Source: an uncultured Elusimicrobia bacterium (GTDB taxonomy: Bacteria > Elusimicrobiota > Endomicrobiia > Endomicrobiales > CAIRNS01). Taken from it: 64,000 nt of DNA. Location: the NCBI GenBank assembly GCA_903880015.1, contig CAIRNS010000002.1, positions 16,330 to 80,329 of the forward strand, written 5' to 3'. Position 1 is the stretch's first letter; each line of letters starts with the position of its first letter. Of the stretch, positions 57,122 to 64,000 are shown one piece after another. Both the position numbers and the translations under genes were made by a program. The notes beneath the pieces were generated by a model. That model ran no database searches. It was not told where the DNA came from and saw nothing but the letters and a program-made list of their open reading frames with translations.

Positions 57122-58117
57122 ATGGACGCGGTTCGGGACATTCGGGAGATTAACGAGAAAGTACAGAAGGAAAGCGTGTTCATCGTACAATTGATGAACG
57201 AGATAAGCCAGGTGATTGTCGGTCAAAATTATCTTATTGAACGGATGCTGGTCGGACTGCTGGCAAACGGACATATACTTCTCGAAGGCGTACCGGGGCT
57301 GGCAAAAACCCTGGCGGTAAAAACGCTTTCTTCAGCCATTAAAACAAAGTTTCAGCGGATACAGTTTACCCCCGACCTTTTGCCGGCTGATCTTATCGGC
57401 ACGCTGGTGTACAGCCCGCAAAACGGCAGTTTCAGCGTCAAAAAGGGACCGCTTTTTTCGAACCTTGTGCTGGCCGATGAAATCAACCGTGCGCCGGCGA
57501 AGGTACAGAGCGCACTTCTGGAAGCCATGCAGGAACGCCAGGTGACTATCGGCGATACGACCTATCCTTTACCGGAACCGTTTCTGGTGATGGCGACACA
57601 AAACCCCATCGAGCAGGAGGGCACCTATCCGCTTCCCGAGGCGCAGGTGGATCGGTTTATGCTGAAATTAAAAATTACCTATCCCTCAAAAGCCGAAGAA
57701 AAACAGATATTGGAACGCATGACGCAGGGAAACACCATTACGGTCAAGCCCGTGATAACGCCCGAGGAGATTACGCGCGTGCGTCAAACGGTTCAAGAAA
57801 TATATGTTGATGATAAAGTGAAGAACTATATCGTAGATATAGTTTTTGCCACGCGCAACCCCGGGGACTACAAACTCGACAACCTGAAAAATCTGATTGC
57901 GTACGGCGCGTCGCCGCGGGCAACGATAAATTTAACGCTCGCCGCGAAAGCGTACGCTTTTCTGCAAGGGCGCGGGTATGTGACGCCTGAAGACATAAAA
58001 CTGATAGGCCCCGATGTATTACGCCACCGCATTATTCAAACATACGAAGCGGAAGCCGAGGAAATGACATCGGAAGACATTATCAAACAGGTTTTCGACG
58101 GCGTTGAAGTCCCGTAA
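57122..58117 (+). CDS. MoxR-family AAA+ ATPase
   Basis: LLEGVPGLAKT (Walker A), VLADEINRA (Walker B) and ATQNPIEQEGTYPLPEAQVDRF. AGGAGG lies 8 nt before the ATG at 57122, so the track start at 57041 was rejected. Confidence 0.9.
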   Translation: MDAVRDIREINEKVQKESVFIVQLMNEISQVIVGQNYLIERMLVGLLANGHILLEGVPGLAKTLAVKTLSSAIKTKFQRIQFTPDLLPADLIGTLVYSPQNGSFSVKKGPLFSNLVLADEINRAPAKVQSALLEAMQERQVTIGDTTYPLPEPFLVMATQNPIEQEGTYPLPEAQVDRFMLKLKITYPSKAEEKQILERMTQGNTITVKPVITPEEITRVRQTVQEIYVDDKVKNYIVDIVFATRNPGDYKLDNLKNLIAYGASPRATINLTLAAKAYAFLQGRGYVTPEDIKLIGPDVLRHRIIQTYEAEAEEMTSEDIIKQVFDGVEVP

Positions 58118-58136
58118 CGCGGGAATCCGTTGAGAA

Positions 58137-59042
58137 TTGGCTATAGCTCAATCCATGTTACCTAAAGAAATCATCGCTCAGATACGAAAAATTGAGATCA
58201 GGTCCGGCAAACTGGTCAACGAAATGTTTGCGGGCCAGTACTCCTCTGTCTTTAAGGGGCGGGGGATGGAGTTTGCCGAAGTTCGGGAATACCTGCCCGG
58301 TGACGACATCCGTTCCATCGACTGGAATGTTACCGCCCGGTATGGTCACCCCTATGTAAAGAAATTCACCGAAGAACGGGAAATGACTGTGCTGTTTCTG
58401 GTAGACATGTCCGGATCACAGCGGTTCGGCACACGGGGAAACTTTAAAGCGGAGCTGGCGGCTGAACTGACCAGCGTCCTGGCGTTTTCAGCCATAAAAA
58501 ATAACGACCGGGTCGGCATGGTCATGTTTACCGATAAAATCGAAAAAGTTATCCGCCCGAAAAAGGGGCGCAATCATATTCTGCGCATGATTCGCGAAAC
58601 GCTGTATTTCACCCCAACCGGGACCGGCACCAATATTACCCGTGCACTGCAGTATCTCAACGAATTGTGGCGACGAAAATCAGTCGTCTTTCTGATATCG
58701 GATTTTAACGACGCGGGATTTGACCAGGCGTTAAAGGTAACTGCACGGCGCCACGACCTGATTGCCGTCACGATTGCCGACGACCGGGAAAAAAACCTGC
58801 CCGATATCGGATTGGTAGAGCTTGAAGACGCTGAATCGGGACAGAAGATGACGGTCGACACTTCATCGGCACCCTTTATAAAAGAATATACGCGCCGTAC
58901 AGAGGAAAATGCCCAACGCCTAAAAACGCTTTTTACCCGGGCGCATGTCGATTCCATCGCGGTAACAACGGGCAAACCCTATATCGTGCCCCTAATACAG
59001 TTTTTCAGAACCCGCGAGAAACGCCAAGCCACCGGAAGATAA
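58137..59042 (+). CDS. DUF58-domain protein (MoxR partner, vWA-like fold)
   Basis: EFAEVREYLPGDDIRSIDWNVTAR and LVDMSGSQ. The start is uncertain: TTG at 58137 or ATG at 58155. Confidence 0.8.
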   Translation: MAIAQSMLPKEIIAQIRKIEIRSGKLVNEMFAGQYSSVFKGRGMEFAEVREYLPGDDIRSIDWNVTARYGHPYVKKFTEEREMTVLFLVDMSGSQRFGTRGNFKAELAAELTSVLAFSAIKNNDRVGMVMFTDKIEKVIRPKKGRNHILRMIRETLYFTPTGTGTNITRALQYLNELWRRKSVVFLISDFNDAGFDQALKVTARRHDLIAVTIADDREKNLPDIGLVELEDAESGQKMTVDTSSAPFIKEYTRRTEENAQRLKTLFTRAHVDSIAVTTGKPYIVPLIQFFRTREKRQATGR

Positions 59043-59072
59043 ATGGATGCTGTCTTGGTTGGCGTTGTTATT

Positions 59073-59188
59073 GTAGGGGCGGGCCTTGCGTCCGCCCGCA
59101 ATAGTGTTTTTCGAGATTTAAGGGAACTGGTTTTGGGGATCACCAACACGGTAACACCTGATCGGGCGGACGCGAGGCCTGCCCCTAC
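59073..59188 (+). repeat. Family-3 long inverted repeat (26-nt GC-rich arms, 64-nt loop) inside the MoxR/Bat operon
   Basis: GTAGGGGCGGGCCTTGCGTCCGCCCG (59073-59098) pairs with CGGGCGGACGCGAGGCCTGCCCCTAC (59163-59188). Read on the plus strand this gives 24 Watson-Crick pairs and 2 G:U pairs. Confidence 0.85.
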
Positions 59189-59212
59189 AAACGACAGACA
59201 TTTAACTATATC

Positions 59213-60100
59213 ATGAAATATATTTTGTGCGGTGTTTTATTATTATTGGCTTCGTTCGCGTTTGCGGGGCAACCGGATGTGCAGTTCTCGGTTGACCGCT
59301 CGACCATTACTATCGGCGATCCGGTTCGGGGCGATATTGCCGTTACGCTTTCTTCGGGGACAACGCTGGCTCCGCCGGAAAAACCTGCGGAGATTGGACC
59401 GTGGACGGTACAAGACCTTGCGACAGCGCCCGACAGCCGCGACCCGCTGGTGACACATATTATATACACGCTGACGACCTATACGACCGGACAGGTGGTA
59501 ATTCCCCCCATCGCCGTCGTGGTTGACCCTGCACATGCCCTTAAGACACAACCCATAACCATCACGGTCGCAAGCGTTCTGGACACATCCGCCCCTGCGG
59601 GGGATATCCGCGACATCAAACCGCCACTCACCATGCGTCTACCGCTCTCGGCGTATGTGCCCTGGATAGTGTTGGCGCTGGCAATTCTGGGAGGCGCGTT
59701 CTGGTGGTACCGGCGCTACCAGAAAAGATTGGCGGCGAAATTTCCTCAGCCGGAAGTTCCCCGCGTGCCGCCCGAGCAGCTGGCATTGGAACGGCTGGCG
59801 CAATTAAAAGCATCCCCCCTGCTGAGCGAAGGGAACATACATGAATTTTACATTATCCTCAGCGATATAATCCGCGACTATCTTGCTGGCGTGTATGCCA
59901 TAGAGACCCGCGACATGACGACCGGTGAAATTTATGCGCAGTTACGCCTCAAAGAAACCGACAAGAAAATACGCTTGAACATCAAATCCTTTTTCGATGC
60001 GTGCGACCTGGTCAAGTTCGCCAAGTACCGTCCCGATGCGAGTGGCGCCGGCAGGGACTTTGAACAAGCGGAGAACATCGTCACCGGTAAAGCATTATGA
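59213..60100 (+). CDS. Bat-operon membrane protein (BatD-like exported N-domain, one TM helix, DUF4381-like cytoplasmic C-domain)
   Basis: Signal peptide, the TM helix YVPWIVLALAILGGAFWWY, and a C-terminal FYIILSDIIRDYL...TTGEI block. The position between DUF58 and BatA is typical of these operons. Confidence 0.5.
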   Translation: MKYILCGVLLLLASFAFAGQPDVQFSVDRSTITIGDPVRGDIAVTLSSGTTLAPPEKPAEIGPWTVQDLATAPDSRDPLVTHIIYTLTTYTTGQVVIPPIAVVVDPAHALKTQPITITVASVLDTSAPAGDIRDIKPPLTMRLPLSAYVPWIVLALAILGGAFWWYRRYQKRLAAKFPQPEVPRVPPEQLALERLAQLKASPLLSEGNIHEFYIILSDIIRDYLAGVYAIETRDMTTGEIYAQLRLKETDKKIRLNIKSFFDACDLVKFAKYRPDASGAGRDFEQAENIVTGKAL

Positions 60101-61095
60101 GATTTGCATCACCCCTATATTTACTTATTCTCCTCATCGCCGGGCTACTGGCTGTCTGGTATGAATCCCGCAAGCGCCGCGGACGGGAAGCAGCAATCCG
60201 TTTTTCAGACATTGGCCCGTTTGGCGGTATCAACCAGTCGCCGCGGGTGAAATTGCGCCATCTGCCGCGGATAATGGGATATGCTGTCCTGTGCCTTGTC
60301 CTGCTGGCGCTTGCCCGTCCGCAAGCCGGGCAGCGGGGCGAGGAGATATTCAACCGCGGCATTGATATTATGTTGTTGATGGACACCTCAACAAGCATGC
60401 GCGCCATAGATTTCAAACCGGAGAACCGCTATGAAGCGGCTAAAAAAGTTGCCAAAGAATTCGTCGGTCAGCGCAAAAACGACCGCATCGGTATCGTGGT
60501 ATTTTCCGGTCTGGCGTATACCCAGTGCCCGTTGACCGCTGACCACGATGCAGTCTTGAACTTTATCGACCAGACCGCGATAGGGATGACGGAAGTTGAT
60601 GGCACCGCCATCGGGTCAGCTATCGCGACCGCAACGAACCGCTTAAAAGACAGTCCGGGAAAAAGCAAGATAATGATTCTTATCACTGACGGCAGAAACA
60701 ACGCCGGAGAAATAGACCCGTTAACGGCGGCCCAGGCGGCTGCGGCGCTTTCGGTTAAGATTTACACCATCGGCGCAGGACAACCCGGCGGCGCATTGTA
60801 TCCGGTTGATGATCCGGCGTGGGGAAGACAATATGTAAAAATCCCCGAACAAGAACTTGATGAGGACACCCTGGCAAAAATTGCGGAAACTACCAGCGGA
60901 CGCTATTTCCGCGCGACTGATTCGGCATCCCTTGAACGGATAATGAAGCAAATAAATGAATTGGAAAAATCCGAGATTAAAACGGTTAAATATACCAATT
61001 ACCGGGAATTGTTCCACTGGTTTTTATGGCCCGCGTTTTTCCTTCTTCTGTTGGAAGTGCTATTGTCGAACACATGGCTGAGGAAAGTACCGTAA
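60097..61095 (+). CDS. batA: vWA-domain membrane protein, BatA-like
   Basis: Two N-terminal TM helices, ARPQ, the MIDAS motif DTSTSM, ILITDGRNN and a C-terminal TM helix. ATGA overlap with the upstream gene. Confidence 0.8.
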   Translation: MRFASPLYLLILLIAGLLAVWYESRKRRGREAAIRFSDIGPFGGINQSPRVKLRHLPRIMGYAVLCLVLLALARPQAGQRGEEIFNRGIDIMLLMDTSTSMRAIDFKPENRYEAAKKVAKEFVGQRKNDRIGIVVFSGLAYTQCPLTADHDAVLNFIDQTAIGMTEVDGTAIGSAIATATNRLKDSPGKSKIMILITDGRNNAGEIDPLTAAQAAAALSVKIYTIGAGQPGGALYPVDDPAWGRQYVKIPEQELDEDTLAKIAETTSGRYFRATDSASLERIMKQINELEKSEIKTVKYTNYRELFHWFLWPAFFLLLLEVLLSNTWLRKVP

Positions 61096-61102
61096 CAAGG
61101 CA

Positions 61103-61285
61103 CGGCAAATCCCCCTTACCCCCTTTGTCAAAGGGGGAGTGAGACAACAACTCCTTTTTCTGGGGGAGGGTGAGACAACCGCTCCTTTTTGGCAAGGAGG
61201 ATAGTGGCAACAACTCTTTTTCGGGGGGAAGATATGAGCTTTTTGCTCCCTCCTTTGGCAAAGGAGGGCGGGGGAGGATTTGACG
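61103..61285. repeat. Family-1 repeat element between batA and batB, with inverted terminal modules and an internal degenerate ~30-bp tandem repeat
   Basis: Left module CGGCAAATCCCCCTTACCCCCTTTGTCAAAGGGGG (61103-61137). Right module CCCTCCTTTGGCAAAGGAGGGCGGGGGAGGATTTGACG (61248-61285). The interior holds 3-4 units of the form GGAG..GAGACAAC..CTCCTTTTT. Confidence 0.85.
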
Positions 61286-61304
61286 GTGACGGAACTATAC
61301 TATT

Positions 61305-62330
61305 ATGAACTTTGTTCATCCGTATTTTTTATTTCTTGAAATAATCATTCTTGTTCTGGCGGCTGCGTATATGTTTGCGTTTCGCGCCCGGCGGCGGGCG
61401 TTGGCTGCATTTGGCGAGAACGAACTTATGGAGCGCCTTTCATCTGCGGCCCCGGTCTGGCATATACTGCGGGCGACGATGGTTTTGGCCGCCACCGCGT
61501 GCGTTATTGTGGCGCTGGCACAGCCGCAGTTCGGCGCAAAGATGGTCGAAGCGAAACAACGGGGCTCGGATGTGTTGATTGCGGTCGATGTTTCCCAAAG
61601 CATGCTTGACGAGGACATCAAACCTAATCGCATCACCCGGGCTAAGACATTGCTGGCAGACCTTGTTCAGCAATTAGGCGGCAACCGCGTCGGGATTATC
61701 GCTTTTGCCGGTGTCGCGTTCTGGCAGTGTCCGATGACGCTTGACATTGCAAGCGTGAATCTTTTTTTAGACCTTATGGATACCAATCTTATTCCCCAAG
61801 GCGGGACCGCAATCGGCTCAGCCGTGCGGCTGGGCGTGCAGGGACTTTCAAAAGCCCCCGCCCGTACAAAGGCCATCATCCTTTTGACTGACGGCGAAGA
61901 TCACAAAAGCGACCCTGAAGGCGCCGCCGAGATAGCCGCTAAAGAAGGGGTTAAAATTTTCGCCGTGGGTTTCGGCAGTGCCACGGGCGAACCCATTCCC
62001 CTACGCGACGGACAGGGCGTGTTCACCGGATACAAGAAAAACAAAAAAGGCGAAGTGGTGATGTCAAAACTCGATGAAAAACTTTTATCTTCCATGGCTG
62101 CCGCAACCGGCGGCGCATATATCCGCGCACAGGACGGCACTATCGACACCGCACGGCTGGTTGATGCGATAAACGGTCTCGATAAAAACAAATTATCATC
62201 GCGGCTTAACCGCGAATATGAAGACCGGTATCAGTATCCCCTCGCGATGGGTTGCGTTTTCCTGGTAGCGGCGCTTTTCCTTCCGGAGAAAAAACGGCGT
62301 TTACAAAAGCTCGCCAGGGGCGGACAATGA
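61305..62330 (+). CDS. batB: vWA-domain membrane protein, BatB-like
   Basis: N-terminal TM helices, AQPQ, the MIDAS motif DVSQSM, ILLTDGEDH and a C-terminal TM helix. Confidence 0.8.
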   Translation: MNFVHPYFLFLEIIILVLAAAYMFAFRARRRALAAFGENELMERLSSAAPVWHILRATMVLAATACVIVALAQPQFGAKMVEAKQRGSDVLIAVDVSQSMLDEDIKPNRITRAKTLLADLVQQLGGNRVGIIAFAGVAFWQCPMTLDIASVNLFLDLMDTNLIPQGGTAIGSAVRLGVQGLSKAPARTKAIILLTDGEDHKSDPEGAAEIAAKEGVKIFAVGFGSATGEPIPLRDGQGVFTGYKKNKKGEVVMSKLDEKLLSSMAAATGGAYIRAQDGTIDTARLVDAINGLDKNKLSSRLNREYEDRYQYPLAMGCVFLVAALFLPEKKRRLQKLARGGQ

Positions 62331-62959
62331 ACAAACTACTGTGTATGATTGCCCTTTTCTTCCTGTGTGCCGGCGGAGCGCAGGGGTCTACCGCGGGAAA
62401 GATTCGCACCGGCAACAGTTATTATAAAAAAGGACAGTTTGACAAGGCGGCCGCCAGCTACCGGGAAGCGCAAATCACGGCGCCGCAAAACCCGAATATT
62501 GACTATAATATAGGTAACGCTCTGTATAAATCGCAAAACTTCGCCGAGGCGGAAACCGAATACAACAAGGCATTGCCGGTTGAAGACCCCGTGCAAAAGA
62601 GCAGGGTGTACTACAATCTCGGCAACAACGCGTACCGCCAGCAAAAAACGGATGAAGCACTGCAGTATTACAAGAAAGCCCTGAGCGCCAATCCCCGCGA
62701 CATTGACGCAAAATATAATATCGAATTTATCTCTGCCGCAAAAAAGAATAAGGATAAACAAAAAGACAAGGATAAACAAGACGAGAAGAACAAAAAACCG
62801 GGCAAAGACATGACGGGCAAACCGGACGAAAAGAAGTCCGGTATGTCAAAAGAAGACGCGCGGCGCATATTGCAGTACTACAACGAATCCGACAAAAATG
62901 CCGCAAAGAAACGCAAAATGCCGGTACCGGCCGCAGGAAAAACTGACGAGGACTGGTAA
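62327..62959 (+). CDS. batC: TPR-repeat protein, BatC-like
   Basis: Signal peptide MNKLLCMIALFFLCAGGAQG, three TPR units, a Lys/Asp-rich linker and a conserved SKEDARRILQYY tail. ATGA overlap with batB; the track start at 62252 was rejected. Confidence 0.75.
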   Translation: MNKLLCMIALFFLCAGGAQGSTAGKIRTGNSYYKKGQFDKAAASYREAQITAPQNPNIDYNIGNALYKSQNFAEAETEYNKALPVEDPVQKSRVYYNLGNNAYRQQKTDEALQYYKKALSANPRDIDAKYNIEFISAAKKNKDKQKDKDKQDEKNKKPGKDMTGKPDEKKSGMSKEDARRILQYYNESDKNAAKKRKMPVPAAGKTDEDW

Positions 62960-63019
62960 GCGTTTATTATCCATCTCGACATACACACATGACCCATGAC
63001 AGAGAGTATACGGAAAAAA

Positions 63020-64000
63020 ATGAAACGGTTATTATCCATTCTATTTTGTAGTTTTTTTGTGACCGGCATGCTAACACCGGCACCCCTGATGGCCGCTGAT
63101 ATCTCCATTTCCGCCGCTGTTGACCAGAATGTTATCAGTTTAGACGAACAACTGGTGCTGGAACTCAATGTTTCCGGCGGAAAAGCGGACCTTCCTTCCT
63201 CGCTGCCGGACATCCCGAATTTTACCGTGCAATCATCGGGACGGTCGGAAAACATTTCCATTATTAACGGTTCTATGTCGAGCTCAACATCGTTGCGATT
63301 TACTCTGGTGCCCCATGAGGCGGGAAAGTTTACCATCCCCTCTATCTCGATGACGGCAAAGGGAAAAACCTATCAAACACAACCTATTGCGGTTGAGGTG
63401 ACCGCCGCAGGCGCTGCAAGCGTCCAGCGTTCCGCCCCAGCGAGAACGGTAACGGCGCCGTCTTCTGCCGGAGCCAGTGACGGCAGGCCTCTGTATATCA
63501 CGGCTTCACTCGATAAAGCAACCGCGTATGTCAACGAAAAGATTGTCTATACATTCCGTTTTTTCCGCAGGGTTAATCTGCTCTCAAACCCGAATTATTC
63601 CCCGGCAAACTTTTCCGGATTCTGGAAAGAAGATCTGCCGCCAAAAAACTATCAGACGGTCATTAACGGACAACGGTATTCGGTCAATGAATTGCAGATA
63701 CTGCTGTTCCCGACCCGTCCCGGATTATTTAATCTGGGTTCCGCCGGACTGCAGTGCCAGGTGGAAGACATCAATCAGGCAGACCCCTTTGCCGGTTTTG
63801 CCGGCTTTTTTTCCGGCGGGCGCACACAACAACTGACAACCAATGTCGTCAGCGTTAAAGTGTTAGCGCTTCCTGAAACGGGTAAACCCAAGGACTTCAA
63901 TGGAACAGTCGGACAATTTAACGTTTCCGCCGCCCTGGACAAGCGCTCAGCCAAAGTCAATGAGCCGGTGACCTTATCGATAACCGTTGCCGGCACCGGC
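63020..64000 (+). CDS. batD: BatD-like protein, N-terminal 327 codons; runs off the right edge
   Basis: Absent from the ORF track because no stop falls inside the window. The frame from the ATG at 63020 stays open to 64000. It begins MKRLLSILFCSFFVTGMLTPAPLMAADISISAAVDQNVISLDEQLVLELNVSG and ends ...PKDFNGTVGQFNVSAALDKRSAKVNEPVTLSITVAGTG, which is typical BatD repeat architecture. Confidence 0.75.
   Translation, partial: MKRLLSILFCSFFVTGMLTPAPLMAADISISAAVDQNVISLDEQLVLELNVSGGKADLPSSLPDIPNFTVQSSGRSENISIINGSMSSSTSLRFTLVPHEAGKFTIPSISMTAKGKTYQTQPIAVEVTAAGAASVQRSAPARTVTAPSSAGASDGRPLYITASLDKATAYVNEKIVYTFRFFRRVNLLSNPNYSPANFSGFWKEDLPPKNYQTVINGQRYSVNELQILLFPTRPGLFNLGSAGLQCQVEDINQADPFAGFAGFFSGGRTQQLTTNVVSVKVLALPETGKPKDFNGTVGQFNVSAALDKRSAKVNEPVTLSITVAGTG

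Overview
Gene-dense 64-kb chromosomal window with about 55 CDS and one tRNA. I saw no rRNA, CRISPR array, transposase, integrase or phage genes. The gene content suggests an uncultivated anaerobic diderm bacterium, but the lineage cannot be assigned from this window: Hcp, NfnAB, a split cobalamin-dependent MetH, PorV-type outer-membrane proteins, proteins with T9SS-like C-terminal domains, and a MoxR/vWA Bat-type operon. Housekeeping genes recognised: bioB (partial), hom, an aminotransferase, HU, TrpB2, nfnAB, a ZIP transporter, cysE, uup, metH plus a separate reactivation-domain gene, rmuC, a MenA-like prenyltransferase, Spy/CpxP, tRNA-Glu(CUC), serS, hcp, clpB, aconitase and proA. Candidates for under-described systems: (1) Two loci couple a PorV/PorQ-like outer-membrane barrel to a secreted protein with a ~90-aa T9SS-like C-terminal domain. 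One cargo is an NHL-propeller protein at 24.9-29.2 kb. The other is a papain-like peptidase at 43.5-46.5 kb, where the PorV-like barrel itself carries the same domain. (2) A four-gene block at 30.4-35.5 kb encodes two membrane-anchored SGNH hydrolases interrupted by TPR modules, a DUF5989-like micro-protein and a B12-binding radical SAM enzyme. (3) An apparently leaderless TPR-radical SAM/SPASM gene lies next to a PHP-phosphoesterase/APH-kinase fusion and a stand-alone Smr protein (15.8-19.4 kb). (4) A 1331-aa exported DUF2334-deacetylase/TIM-barrel protein is translationally coupled to a processive GT2 synthase, giving PgaB/PgaC-like logic with different domains. The non-coding DNA carries three families of structured palindromic repeats. 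Some sit inside operons, and one supplies the 3' end of a gene. Several promoters fit TTGACA-N17-TATAAT closely, and a CIRCE operator overlaps the clpB promoter. All functional calls come from reading motifs by eye; no database search was possible.
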